Shown here: in pieces, positions 41,497 to 51,949 of the stretch | Numbering within the stretch: the stretch's first letter is position 1 | How the letters are laid out: the number at the start of each line of letters is the position of its first letter | Assembly (NCBI GenBank): GCA_041663045.1 | Contig: JBAZRH010000001.1 | Location: forward strand, 148,403-212,402 | Reading direction: 5' to 3' | DNA: 64,000 nucleotides | Source of the DNA: Minisyncoccota bacterium | GTDB taxonomy: Bacteria; Patescibacteriota; Minisyncoccia; Phycocordibacterales; GWA1-40-21 | The notes under the pieces: model-generated | Databases searched by the model: none | Seen by the model: the letters and a program-made list of their open reading frames with translations, nothing else | What the model was told of the DNA's origin: nothing | Position numbers and translations under genes: made by a program

Positions 41497-42552
41497 CTAT
41501 TTAATAATCCTAATCACTCCTTTATCTGCATCCACCTCTACTATATCTCCGTCTTTTAGCACTTTTGTGGCATTTTTGACCTGAGTAAGCGTAATAATAC
41601 CGAATTCTCTTGAGAAAATAGCGGCGTGGCATAGTAAGCCGCCTTCTTCAGTGACAATAGCTTTAACATCTTTGAGAACATTATTCATAGATGTAGTCGT
41701 CATACTGATCACAACTATTTTGTCTTTTAATTGTTTATCCTTAAAATCTGCTTGAGAGACTACAATCACTTCTCCTGTAATTTTACCTTTTGTCACCGGT
41801 ATACCACTAAGCTCTTTTATCTCCTGTTTTTCTATAGATTTCTCTTCAATCTCTCTCCAATATTTATCAGTATTTAAATCAGTGATTTTCTCTTTGCCTT
41901 TATTATTTTCATATACATACTCGGCTTTTCTTCTTTCCTGAAGTCTATTTATTTTATCTGGGTTTATTTTGCCTTCAAGATATGAGACTATCTCGTAAAA
42001 TGTCAAAAATCTTAAATCTCCCCTTTCTATCTTGTCTTCTCCTGTTGCCGCCAGACATAATTTATCTAAATATTCAAAAAACTCTAAAAATATCAACTTC
42101 CTTTTCTCGTGAAATTCACCAAGTTCTTTTAATTGCTTTTCTGTCAAATCCTTGCCCATACTTCCCACCCTATGAGTGAATTCTAAAAAGCTAGAAAATC
42201 TTACCCATTCATCTCTAGCTTCTTCTAGTCTTTTGATTGTCTCTTCCTTACTTATAAAGTCAGTGGCTCTTTTACAAAGTCTCAGCAAATCGTCGGAGAC
42301 TTTAATACCGAGTTCTAGGCCGCTTTCAATATAATTTTTATCTTTAGCTAGTGCATTTGCTATTCGTTGCGTATTATCTTCATTGTCTTTTGGTTGTATA
42401 TAAACATCCACAACACCGTCATGTCTATGCTCTATCGTCGCTGTATAAAATATTTCTTTTATCGTACCCTTTTTTAACAGAGCGTAGACTATCATTGACC
42501 TGTCTCTCAATGAATAATCTCTTGTTATATATTTTATAAAACTATTTTTCAT
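41497..42552 (-). CDS. PEP-utiliser His-swivel domain protein (module 15)
   Basis: TEEGGLLCHAAIFSRE. Confidence 0.9.
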   Translation of the reverse strand: MKNSFIKYITRDYSLRDRSMIVYALLKKGTIKEIFYTATIEHRHDGVVDVYIQPKDNEDNTQRIANALAKDKNYIESGLELGIKVSDDLLRLCKRATDFISKEETIKRLEEARDEWVRFSSFLEFTHRVGSMGKDLTEKQLKELGEFHEKRKLIFLEFFEYLDKLCLAATGEDKIERGDLRFLTFYEIVSYLEGKINPDKINRLQERRKAEYVYENNKGKEKITDLNTDKYWREIEEKSIEKQEIKELSGIPVTKGKITGEVIVVSQADFKDKQLKDKIVVISMTTTSMNNVLKDVKAIVTEEGGLLCHAAIFSREFGIITLTQVKNATKVLKDGDIVEVDADKGVIRIIK

Positions 42553-42554
42553 TT

Positions 42555-43874
42555 TTATTTTATTATTCTCACTATTCCCTTATCCGCATCTACTTCCACC
42601 ATATCTCCGTCTTTCAATACGTGCGTGGCGTTTTTAGTGCCTATGATACACGGTTTTTTCATTTCTCTGGCTATAATAGCCGCGTGACAAGTAATGCTGC
42701 CTTCGTCTGTCACAAAAGCGGCTGATTTTTGCATTGCCGAAATAAAAGATGGGAAAGTCATTTGAGCGATTAAAATATCACCTTCTTTGACCTTATCAAT
42801 GTCATTTGAGTGGGTTACTATCCTTGCAATGCCTCGTACGACCCCTTTAAATGCGGTTCTGCCTTTTACCTCATCACTTTTATGTTTTTTGAAATCCGAA
42901 ATTAATGGTTCATTTGAGACAATATATTTATTATCTATCAGTCCGTAACTGAAGTTTTTATTATATCTCTTTGGTTGACCTGTAATAATGGAATTCGCAT
43001 CATAATCAGCAAGATCTTTAAAACTTACTCCGATATGTTTAGCGGTTTCTTCAAAAAGCGGTCTTGCTATGCCATGAAATTCATAAAACTTGTCCGTCCT
43101 ATCAGTCCTAAAAAAATTCAATTCTTTAAGCTCTTTCGCTAAATCTTTTAATTCTTCCGGAATAATAACTTCATGCTTTTGCGGCTCCTTAAAACCCCTC
43201 TTTATCTCTTCAAAATCTTCTTCAGTATAAAAATCAGTAAAACCATCTCTCGATCTCATCCAGCCATACTTGTTTTTTATCTCTTTTATAGGGACCCCGG
43301 ACATTAATTCTTCCAACATTAAGACATATGCATTTTTCTTAGTCGGTATACACATATCACCCACGAATCTTGAATAGTCTCCCTGAATATATTTTGGTAC
43401 TTCTGTCGCTATTCTCTTGTTAAAATATTCTTCCAGATTAGGGATGACATTTAAATAAAATAAGTAGTCTTTAACCATATCTGACACAAGAGCAATCTTC
43501 TGTGGTATTGTTTTGTTATTATCATTTATAATCTCTCCAAGACTTACTACGTGGCGTTTGTGAGTGATATCTAAGATATTAGACAGATCTGACATTTTGT
43601 GTGACTTGAAATAATTATCAAAGAAAGTAACACCTTTTTCATAAAACTTAACGTCATAATATATATCAGGAAATTGATAGAGATAGTTATCAGCTCCTAA
43701 ACCGTGAAGCCCGCTTCTTGAATAAAACTTTTCCCTTACTCCCTCCCAACATATTGTTGCCATAAAGACAGAATATGGGCGATTAAGCCAATGTGTCCAC
43801 TCTATCTTCTTCAATTCCTTAATAAAGGAATCTCTGTCTTCGGCAAATCTTATATCATTAATTATGTCTTTCAT
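42555..43874 (-). CDS. PEP-utiliser His-swivel domain protein (module 16)
   Basis: TDEGSITCHAAIIARE; KYGW and RTDRTD. Confidence 0.9.
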   Translation of the reverse strand: MKDIINDIRFAEDRDSFIKELKKIEWTHWLNRPYSVFMATICWEGVREKFYSRSGLHGLGADNYLYQFPDIYYDVKFYEKGVTFFDNYFKSHKMSDLSNILDITHKRHVVSLGEIINDNNKTIPQKIALVSDMVKDYLFYLNVIPNLEEYFNKRIATEVPKYIQGDYSRFVGDMCIPTKKNAYVLMLEELMSGVPIKEIKNKYGWMRSRDGFTDFYTEEDFEEIKRGFKEPQKHEVIIPEELKDLAKELKELNFFRTDRTDKFYEFHGIARPLFEETAKHIGVSFKDLADYDANSIITGQPKRYNKNFSYGLIDNKYIVSNEPLISDFKKHKSDEVKGRTAFKGVVRGIARIVTHSNDIDKVKEGDILIAQMTFPSFISAMQKSAAFVTDEGSITCHAAIIAREMKKPCIIGTKNATHVLKDGDMVEVDADKGIVRIIK

Positions 43875-45352
43875 TTTATTATTTTAACAATTCCTTTATT
43901 TGCATCAACTTCCACCATATCGCCGTCTTTTAATACCTTGGTGGCATTTTTTGTACCGACAATACAAGGTTTTTTTAACTCACGTGACACTATCGCTGCG
44001 TGGGACAAAAGCCCGCCCTCGTCTGTTATGATGGCTAATGCTTTTTCCATAAGTGGCACAAAATCTGGTCTTGTAGCACTAGATACGAGTATGTCTCCTT
44101 TTTTAAACTTAAGAAAATCACTATTACTTAGAACAATAGAAACTCTGCCAGAAACATTACCTTTTGCAACTCCCGTACCTTTTAACTCTTTTATTGTCTC
44201 CTCTTTGTGTAGACTGTTATCGATTAACTGTAATTCGTCTCTATCAGTAACAACGATAATTTTGTCATTTTCACAGAAGTACAGACTATTTTGCTGTCTT
44301 AAGTCTAGTGTCTCTCTCGAGATAACTGATTTCCCTTCAAGTATGGAAGATTTAATCTCGGATTCATTTAAGAAAAGTGTCTGATCGAGTGTTAATTTTA
44401 TTTTTTTAGCAATTCTCTCGAATAGAGGTTTAACATAATATCCGCCCTTATCTCTAATATATGGTTTTTTATCTTTAAGATATGAATAAGATACAAACAT
44501 ATTTAAGAGTATAAATACTTCCTCATTTTCTTTATACTGATTCAATGTTCTATCAGAAATTTTACGTCTTTCTATATACTTATTCTCAAGGTTATTTAGT
44601 TCACCCCTTAAAACTTCTCTGTCTTTTTTAAGCAGTTCGCTCAACCTTTCCGTATAGTATTTCGGTTTATTAGGCTCATAATTTATATCGTACATTGGCA
44701 TATAACAGTATTCTTCAATGTGAGCAATTAAGTGCTTCTCCATAATATCTTTGTCTAATAGTGCAATTTTGTAGAGAGATATTAACTCCATTTCAAGAGG
44801 ATTTGGATATATAGGTTCAGAGATTATGTGAAGAATGTTATCAGCTTCTGTCTCCGACACATTTATCAAAGCAAGGTGTTGTCTAATAGCTTTACCGAGG
44901 GCATGTTCCACATCGTTAAAAAGTATCCAGAAATCGGCAGATATATTTCTTTCAAATGAATAATATCTTTCTAAAATATCAATTAAATCTGCGTCACTAA
45001 TATCATTAGCGATAAATGGTTTGAGTGTATGTAGGAAAGATAGATAATTATCGAAGTCGTTGATAATATTTTTTGCCAATGTCGTCACTACATTTTTTAT
45101 AAAATTAGAATCAGTAAACTTTTTGATAGCCATACTCTCGAATGATTCAATTTCATCTTTAGCTAAATATGTTTCCATATTACCGCTCTTAACCCTGAAA
45201 CATTCATATTTCTGTTTTACGCCGAAGAGCTTCGAAAAGGTATTCCAATAACCATAATGATACAAGCGAATTTTTTGATATGTCATTCTGCGTGTAAAAC
45301 TATAAACCCAATCTCCTTTATAAAACTCTTTTATGTCTAACATCTTATTCAA
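43871..45352 (-). CDS. PEP-utiliser His-swivel domain protein (module 17)
   Basis: [16 protein letters not shown]. Confidence 0.9.
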   Translation of the reverse strand: MNKMLDIKEFYKGDWVYSFTRRMTYQKIRLYHYGYWNTFSKLFGVKQKYECFRVKSGNMETYLAKDEIESFESMAIKKFTDSNFIKNVVTTLAKNIINDFDNYLSFLHTLKPFIANDISDADLIDILERYYSFERNISADFWILFNDVEHALGKAIRQHLALINVSETEADNILHIISEPIYPNPLEMELISLYKIALLDKDIMEKHLIAHIEEYCYMPMYDINYEPNKPKYYTERLSELLKKDREVLRGELNNLENKYIERRKISDRTLNQYKENEEVFILLNMFVSYSYLKDKKPYIRDKGGYYVKPLFERIAKKIKLTLDQTLFLNESEIKSSILEGKSVISRETLDLRQQNSLYFCENDKIIVVTDRDELQLIDNSLHKEETIKELKGTGVAKGNVSGRVSIVLSNSDFLKFKKGDILVSSATRPDFVPLMEKALAIITDEGGLLSHAAIVSRELKKPCIVGTKNATKVLKDGDMVEVDANKGIVKIIK

Positions 45353-46433
45353 TTACCTTTACTATTCCCTTATCCGCATCCACCTCTACCATATCTCCAT
45401 CTTTGAAAACTTTGGTGGCATTTTTTGTACCTATAATACAGGGTTTTTTAAGTTCTCGTGCGACGATAGCAGCATGACATGTGATTCCACCTTCATCGGT
45501 AACAAAAGCCGCAGATTTATGCATTGCAGGGAGATATTCTGGTGTTGTCATTGCAGTTATCAGAATTTCACCATCTTCTAAAGTTCCGATATCTTTTTTA
45601 CTCATAATAATCCTTACTTTTCCTCTAACCTTACCGCCACAGGCTACTTGACCTTTTAGCTCTTTGATATTGCCGTGTTTTTTTACAACAAAATCATAAC
45701 CTATTCCGTTTATTACTTTTCTAAAATTTTCTGTAGTATTGTCAGTCAAAATTATCCCCTTCTTTGAATATACAAAACCCTTTATCCTCTCTTTAAGTTC
45801 TTCAGTATCTGGTCTTATGCCACCAATTAAATAATCTGTTAATTCTTCACCAGATAATACCCTGAGAATATGGTTGTCGATTTTGGTTTCTTTTGAAACC
45901 CTAGAAAGAATTTTATTAGTTAGTTCAGCTCCTCCAGGAAACAAATGCTCCGTCTTTTTTCTGTATGCAATAGCAATCTCTATTTCTTTTGCATATTTTT
46001 CTTTTCTCACTATATCGTTTTCTAACCAAACAGGAAGCCAAAACATAACCACAAAAGGACACATTGCACAACTTATATAGTCGACATACTTTTTATAGAT
46101 TTGAGCAATTTCAGGATCAGGTGCTTCATCAATTTTTCTATTTGATTCATCAAAGAAAACATAAATCTCTTTTACAAGATTATCAAATCTATCTGATTCT
46201 TTACCAAACCAATTCTCATCAGAATCGATCTTTGAAAAAACCTTATCTCTAAAACCAATCAGGTGTTCTTCTGGTGGCCTCATTATTTCTGTATATCCAT
46301 CGTGTATATAAAAAACCGAGTCAGAATATGACCAACCCAGCCATTTTTGCATTCCTGTAGTATAGCCACTATGCCAAGCCCTTATGTCTATTAATGAGAG
46401 GTCTCTGGTTATTGTTGTTTCAATTTTCTTCAT
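45345..46433 (-). CDS. PEP-utiliser His-swivel domain protein (module 18)
   Basis: [16 protein letters not shown]. Confidence 0.9.
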   Translation of the reverse strand: MKKIETTITRDLSLIDIRAWHSGYTTGMQKWLGWSYSDSVFYIHDGYTEIMRPPEEHLIGFRDKVFSKIDSDENWFGKESDRFDNLVKEIYVFFDESNRKIDEAPDPEIAQIYKKYVDYISCAMCPFVVMFWLPVWLENDIVRKEKYAKEIEIAIAYRKKTEHLFPGGAELTNKILSRVSKETKIDNHILRVLSGEELTDYLIGGIRPDTEELKERIKGFVYSKKGIILTDNTTENFRKVINGIGYDFVVKKHGNIKELKGQVACGGKVRGKVRIIMSKKDIGTLEDGEILITAMTTPEYLPAMHKSAAFVTDEGGITCHAAIVARELKKPCIIGTKNATKVFKDGDMVEVDADKGIVKVIE

Positions 46434-46434
46434 A

Positions 46435-49425
46435 TTATTTTATTATTTTAACAATTCCTTTATCCGCGTCCACCTCTACTATATCACCATCTTTTAAAAC
46501 TTTAGTGGCATTTTTTGTACCTATTATACAGGGTATATGTAACTCCCTTGATACAATGGCCGCATGGCAAGTGATACCTCCCTCATCTGTTATTATAGCA
46601 CCGGCTATTTTCATAGCAGGTACATAATCCGGCGTGGTCATAGAAGCAACCAAAATATCCCCCTTATTAATCTTAACAATATCTTTTGAAGATGAACATA
46701 CTTTTACAATTCCGGTTGTGATTCCAGAAGAAGCAGATCTACCTTTTAATTCTTTAACATTATCGCTTGATACAATAAGGTTGTATTTTTTAGCAAAAGC
46801 GATAGCTTTATCCCCAACAATCCATTCATATTTATGATCGTGAGATATTAGAATAGAATCTTTTGCTCTTTCTGATAACTCACCTTTAAGTCTATTATCC
46901 AAAACACCTGTTATGAGACTATCTTTAATTTCAAGTGGAGTAAGGAAATTAAAATGATCAGGGCTAATATCTAATCTCTTAGAAATCTCTGGTATAACCA
47001 CTAGTTGTAAGTGTGGGTGACTTTTTGTTTGAAATACTTTCTTTAAGTCTTGTAAATAGCCTAATTTGTGTGCAATATCTATAATTTTCTTTAATCTAGG
47101 TTCAAGATTTAATTTTATTAGTAATTCTTTTTGTCTTTGTCTTTTAAGTTTTAATTCGGCTGATCTTCTCTTTAATTCTTTTTCTGGGTCACCTTTTGAT
47201 AAGATATTTTTTATTTTATTTATAAAGTATTTTTTATCCCACAATACGCCCGTATTATATCCAAATGGTATTGATGAATATTCTTTAACATGTTTATCTA
47301 GCAATTTATCTATATTTGCAGGGATCTTTTTCAGAGAAATATTACCAGTCTTTTTAATCTTGTTAGAAATCTTTAGTATTTCTTCTTCCTCTTTACTTAA
47401 ATCATATGCATATGATAAAGATTCTATTAGAACAATCAGGTCATCCTTAGATATCTTCCTTTTTTCAACAGCGTCATCAAGCTCTTTTTCTAATGTAGGC
47501 ATTCCTACCCACCAGACAGGACAATTCTTTAAATGGAAATTTATATATCTCTCACAATATTCCGTATACTTCTCGGCGATGTATTTATTTGTTAGAGAAG
47601 AGAGTTTGTCTTTTGGAAAAGATCTTTCTATAAAGACCATTAGCGTGTCTTTCTGTTTTTCTGACCACTTTACTAGGTCATTTAACCACCCCTTTTCATC
47701 TAAACATTTATTGAGTATGATCTTTCCAATTGTTTCAAATTCACACTGAGAGTCTGTGGCCGTGGCGATATCTTCTCCTATCCAAGTATATATAGCCGAA
47801 TGAGCTCTTGCACCATACTCTTTTCTCATCTCATCTGTCCCGATATATTCTTGTGTAAAATTTGCAGGAAAAATCAGACAGGTCTTTTTAGGTCTTGCTC
47901 TTGAATTCAGTAGTTCACCGGATGGTTCGTATATATTATCTTCAGAAGCACTTACTAATCTTATCATTCCAGTATTTGCATCCACTTCCACCATATCGCC
48001 GTCTTTTAGTGTTTTGGATGCTGTTTGGGTGCCAATTATGCAAGGGATTTTCATTTCCCTTGATATAACAGAAGCATGACTCAATACGCCACCTTCATCC
48101 GTTATTATTGCAATGGCCTTTTGTAATAATGGCACATAGTCTGGTGTTGTTGAATGTGATACAAGAATATCTCCGCTTTGCATTTTTGGAAAATCTGTCT
48201 TTCTGTGTATTATACAGGCTTTTCCTGTAACTTTGCCTGGATAGGCTGTTTGGCCTTTTATTATCTTTGAATCATTTTCAACGTTTATGAGTTTAATCTT
48301 TTCTTTTGCTAATTTGATTATCGAACCGGAATATATTTCGGTACTCTTACCATCCGCATACATAATATAGCCAAGCTTTCTATCTTCTATAGTTTGTGAA
48401 TTCGCTCTAGTTGAAGTGTTTAACAAATTTATAATTTCCTTCGGTAAAAGATAGAAGATGTCTGCATGATTACTCAATCCGAGTCTTTTTGAAAGCTCTG
48501 TAAGAAAATCTTGAAGATATTGTGTATTTCTATAAAATCTTTCTGTTCTCCAGCTTCTAAAAAAGATAGCTTCCTGTAATATATTTATTAGATTTGGGAT
48601 TTTTGAATCTTCTCTTCCAAGGATTTCCTTGTATTTCTTTATTGACTCCGTTACCTTCTTTCTTTCATCTTTTATCTCCTTAAGCTTAGACTCTGGTTTT
48701 ATCTTAATCGCTGCCTCTACTTTTTCTAAGATTTCACTGGAAGAATAATACTGACCATCCATTGAAGCATTTTTTAGCCAACCAAACTCTAATATATGCT
48801 TTTCAATATCATCTTTAATATCTTTACCATCTCTTTTTTTAATTGCTATTTTAAGAATACTAATCTCCTCACTCTGTGAGGAACTCTGTTTCTCTGATGT
48901 GGAAATGACTTGAATAGCTTCGCTAGACTCTTGAGGGAGGACTTTGCGAATATTTGTAAAGATAGTATCTTCCAGATATTTCTCCATAGCCATCGGTAGT
49001 ATCATAAACGCCGAAGATTTCATTTGCTCTGAAGAGTAATCATCAAATAATTCTGCTAATTTTTTATCTTTTAATTCTGTAAAATTAGTTGTATTTATTT
49101 TCTTAATAATTTTCTCAATATTTGAATTAAGTTTGTAAGCTTTTTCAAACATCTCAATTATAAATTCTGGTCGTTTTTTGAATTCATTTAAAGATTTAAC
49201 AAGATTCTTATCCCAAGTGCTTTTCTCAAAAGCTAACTCTTGATCCAAATATATTATAGGGCTCATCTCATATGGAAAATCTAAGTCTTTGTTTGTATGG
49301 TGAGACAAACCTTCCCATAGCATATAAGTAAAAAGAGGAGTTCTGCTTCTCTTATGTATGAAATGCCACTTGAATTTTCCGAGCTTATCCAAGTCAAAAT
49401 TACCCTTATTTGCCGGCTCTATCAT
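46435..49425 (-). CDS. Double-module protein with two His-swivel domains (module 19)
   Basis: GGVLSHASVISRE near aa 450 and [13 protein letters not shown] at the C-terminus. Confidence 0.9.
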   Translation of the reverse strand: MIEPANKGNFDLDKLGKFKWHFIHKRSRTPLFTYMLWEGLSHHTNKDLDFPYEMSPIIYLDQELAFEKSTWDKNLVKSLNEFKKRPEFIIEMFEKAYKLNSNIEKIIKKINTTNFTELKDKKLAELFDDYSSEQMKSSAFMILPMAMEKYLEDTIFTNIRKVLPQESSEAIQVISTSEKQSSSQSEEISILKIAIKKRDGKDIKDDIEKHILEFGWLKNASMDGQYYSSSEILEKVEAAIKIKPESKLKEIKDERKKVTESIKKYKEILGREDSKIPNLINILQEAIFFRSWRTERFYRNTQYLQDFLTELSKRLGLSNHADIFYLLPKEIINLLNTSTRANSQTIEDRKLGYIMYADGKSTEIYSGSIIKLAKEKIKLINVENDSKIIKGQTAYPGKVTGKACIIHRKTDFPKMQSGDILVSHSTTPDYVPLLQKAIAIITDEGGVLSHASVISREMKIPCIIGTQTASKTLKDGDMVEVDANTGMIRLVSASEDNIYEPSGELLNSRARPKKTCLIFPANFTQEYIGTDEMRKEYGARAHSAIYTWIGEDIATATDSQCEFETIGKIILNKCLDEKGWLNDLVKWSEKQKDTLMVFIERSFPKDKLSSLTNKYIAEKYTEYCERYINFHLKNCPVWWVGMPTLEKELDDAVEKRKISKDDLIVLIESLSYAYDLSKEEEEILKISNKIKKTGNISLKKIPANIDKLLDKHVKEYSSIPFGYNTGVLWDKKYFINKIKNILSKGDPEKELKRRSAELKLKRQRQKELLIKLNLEPRLKKIIDIAHKLGYLQDLKKVFQTKSHPHLQLVVIPEISKRLDISPDHFNFLTPLEIKDSLITGVLDNRLKGELSERAKDSILISHDHKYEWIVGDKAIAFAKKYNLIVSSDNVKELKGRSASSGITTGIVKVCSSSKDIVKINKGDILVASMTTPDYVPAMKIAGAIITDEGGITCHAAIVSRELHIPCIIGTKNATKVLKDGDIVEVDADKGIVKIIK

Positions 49426-49534
49426 TGGTTTTAATGGTACCAGAAAACACCTTGTTTGAAAAGCCAGATTATTTAGAGGTTGCGTACGTTTATATTTATA
49501 GAAAACGTATATTGTTTAAAATCTTCAGTTCTGA

Positions 49535-49768
49535 TTAACCCTGCATTATCTTCCTCAATTCGTCCTGGTGTTCACGCATAACCTCCATAGCGGCAGAAGT
49601 CTGATCTTTTCCTTCTTTTTGTTTTTGCTCGATTTTCTTGGCGATATCCTCAAAGAATTGCGGATTCTTTTCTATTGCAGAAATTATTTTTTCTTGCTGT
49701 TCCGGCGGAACGCCTTTCATCTGCGACTTCAACATCTGCTTCATCATTAAATTTTTGAAAAATCCCAT
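49535..49768 (-). CDS. Small hypothetical protein (Met/Gln/Lys-rich)
   Basis: 77 aa helical ORF, MKGVPPEQQEKI...EKNPQFFEDIA. Confidence 0.7.
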   Translation of the reverse strand: MGFFKNLMMKQMLKSQMKGVPPEQQEKIISAIEKNPQFFEDIAKKIEQKQKEGKDQTSAAMEVMREHQDELRKIMQG

Positions 49769-49844
49769 AAAATAAGTTAAAAGTTATTAAGTTGTAAAGC
49801 TCATAAAGTTTACGATGAAAATATCTAAAAAGCAAATTAGTGTC

Positions 49845-49966
49845 TTTCTGCAAAGTAAACGAGCGAAGGCACAGCTTTTAAAAAGCATTGCACAGGCCGA
49901 CGGGCCGAGCATAGCAAAAAGTCAGCAGACTTTTATGCGCGGTTTTTAAAAGCTGTGCCGAGCGAG
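49845..49966. repeat. Palindromic REP/MITE-like element, copy B (inverted relative to copy A)
   Basis: Perfect 17-bp inverted repeat 49868-49884/49943-49959, inner AAAAGTC-AGCA-GACTTTT hairpin, GAGCGA flanks. Confidence 0.7.
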
Positions 49967-49969
49967 TCT

Positions 49970-51208
49970 TTATTCGTACCTGAGTGCCTCCATCGGACTC
50001 TTTTTTGAAGCTTGTCTTGCCGGATATATTCCGAATATAAGCCCGACCAAACTCGCTACAAGCAAACCGAGTATTGCTGCGCCTATTGGGAAAGTATATT
50101 GCCAGTTTAGCCCACCGACATTTTTTATCAATACCGTGGCGATTATTGAAAGCACTGAACCGAGTATTATTCCTATCAAACCTCCTGTTGCGGTAAGTAT
50201 CACAGCTTCAAGCAAGAATTGAGTGAGAATATCTTTATTTGTCGCTCCGATGGCTTTTCTCAAACCGATTTCTTTTGTCCTTTCGGTCACGGATACAAGC
50301 ATAATATTCATAATTCCAATACCTCCGACCACCAGTGAAATCGCCGCGACTGCCGACAAGAAAATCGTCAGCGTATTGAATACCGTGCCGAGTTTTTCCG
50401 CCACTTCCGCCGGAGTTGAGACATAAAAGTCGTCTTTTGTCGGATCGGTAATATTGTGCAAATTTCTCAAAGTGATTCTTATATCACTCGAGGTCTTTTC
50501 CAAATTAACTTCGGAATCCGTCTCGACTATAAGTCTATTAAAATATTTTGTGCCGGTCAGATATCTCTGGGCTGTGGTGTATGGTGTGAGAGCAGCTTCA
50601 TCGAAGCTTATAAAAGACGAGCTGCCCTTCTTTGGTAAAACCCCGATGACCTTGAATGTTGTGTTCTTAATCCTAATCTTCTGTCCAACAGCTTCGTCAT
50701 TTCCAAATAGCTTGTCTTTGGCTTTGTAGCCGAGGACGACCACAGTCGCTCCGCTTCGGACATCGTCGTCTGTATAGAAGACCCCTTTCTCTGGTTGCGC
50801 ATCGAATATTTTTTCTAAAAGCTCTGTACCACCAAAAATAGAAATGCCATATTTTTCATTTTGATATATGGCGTTTGCTGAACCGAAAACCACAGGCATT
50901 ACATATTGAGCGTTTGGAACATTTGTCTTTTGTTTTAGTGCATTCATTTCTCTCTCCTTCAATGAATCTGAAAATAAAGTCGATAGATCACTCATGCCCG
51001 ACGGTTCTTTACCAGGCAAAATAGCGATAGTTTTTGCACCAAGACCTTGTATTTGACCGATAATCAAATCTTTGGCTCCTTGCCCCAAAGACATTATCAA
51101 AATAATGGAGGTAATGCCGATCACTATACCGGTAATAGTAAGAGCCGAACGAGATTTATGCGTTCGTAGCCCTGTTATCGCTGTTTTTAAACTGAATTTT
51201 AATTTCAT
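49970..51208 (-). CDS. MacB/FtsX-family ABC permease
   Basis: RSALTITGIVIGI, GGIGIMNIMLVSVTERTKEIGLRKAIGA, PMEALRYE. Confidence 0.95.
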   Translation of the reverse strand: MKLKFSLKTAITGLRTHKSRSALTITGIVIGITSIILIMSLGQGAKDLIIGQIQGLGAKTIAILPGKEPSGMSDLSTLFSDSLKEREMNALKQKTNVPNAQYVMPVVFGSANAIYQNEKYGISIFGGTELLEKIFDAQPEKGVFYTDDDVRSGATVVVLGYKAKDKLFGNDEAVGQKIRIKNTTFKVIGVLPKKGSSSFISFDEAALTPYTTAQRYLTGTKYFNRLIVETDSEVNLEKTSSDIRITLRNLHNITDPTKDDFYVSTPAEVAEKLGTVFNTLTIFLSAVAAISLVVGGIGIMNIMLVSVTERTKEIGLRKAIGATNKDILTQFLLEAVILTATGGLIGIILGSVLSIIATVLIKNVGGLNWQYTFPIGAAILGLLVASLVGLIFGIYPARQASKKSPMEALRYE

Positions 51209-51220
51209 TCTATTATAAGA

Positions 51221-51940
51221 TTATTTAACGAACTCATCTTTGTGAGTCCTTCTGTTTTCTACTTTTATATCGCTTTCAACTTGCCCATCCATAAGTCTTA
51301 TAATTCTCTCTGCATATTCTGCGGTATATGTTTCGTGCGTGATAAGGATAATAGTGTGGCCGAGCTCTTTATTTAATTTCTGTATTATTTCGATAATAGA
51401 CTTTCCGGATTTTGAGTCCAAGTTTCCGGTCGGTTCATCGGCAAAAATAACTTCCGGAGAGTTGACCAAGGCGCGAGCGATAGCCACCCTCTGCTTTTCA
51501 CCTCCAGAGAGCTGGGTCGCCTCGTGATTCATCCTGTGTTCAAGCCCGACAGCTATGACCGCATTTCTCGCAAGGGTTTCCCATTCTTTTTCCGGCTTAT
51601 CAGAATATACAAGGGGGAGTTTGACATTTTCTAGCACCGTAGCCCTCGGCAAAAGATTGAAGGATTGAAAGACAAAACCCATTTCTTTATTTCTCATCTT
51701 CGCCACCTCTTCCTGATTGTATTTTTTGATATCTTTATCAAGGAAAATGTATGTGCCAGTAGTGTGGTCATCGAGAAGCCCGAGTATTTGCAAAAGTGTG
51801 GATTTGCCTGAACCGGATGGCCCCATAATCGCCACAAATTCACCCTTTTTGATATCAAGAGATACACCGCATAAGGCCTCGGTTTTAACCCCGTCATTTT
51901 CATAGACTTTCCACAGGTTTTCTATTTTTATGAAGGACAC
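51221..51940 (-). CDS. ABC transporter ATP-binding protein (MacB/LolD type)
   Basis: [33 protein letters not shown]. Confidence 0.95.
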   Translation of the reverse strand: MSFIKIENLWKVYENDGVKTEALCGVSLDIKKGEFVAIMGPSGSGKSTLLQILGLLDDHTTGTYIFLDKDIKKYNQEEVAKMRNKEMGFVFQSFNLLPRATVLENVKLPLVYSDKPEKEWETLARNAVIAVGLEHRMNHEATQLSGGEKQRVAIARALVNSPEVIFADEPTGNLDSKSGKSIIEIIQKLNKELGHTIILITHETYTAEYAERIIRLMDGQVESDIKVENRRTHKDEFVK

Positions 51941-51949
51941 GATTTAAGA

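Noticed and set aside
13107-47749. Many similar short plus-strand ORFs (…STSTISPSF…[11 protein letters not shown]…)
   Set aside because: They are antisense shadows of the conserved His-domain coding sequence.
13172-49425. Calling the paralogs ppsA/ppdK or PTS enzyme I
   Set aside because: None has the C-terminal PEP/pyruvate TIM barrel or the HPr-binding domain; only the swivel domain is shared.
30536-49425. Integron cassette array or diversity-generating retroelement
   Set aside because: Intergenic gaps of a few bp leave no room for attC sites; there is no integrase, reverse transcriptase or adenine-specific TR/VR pair in the window.
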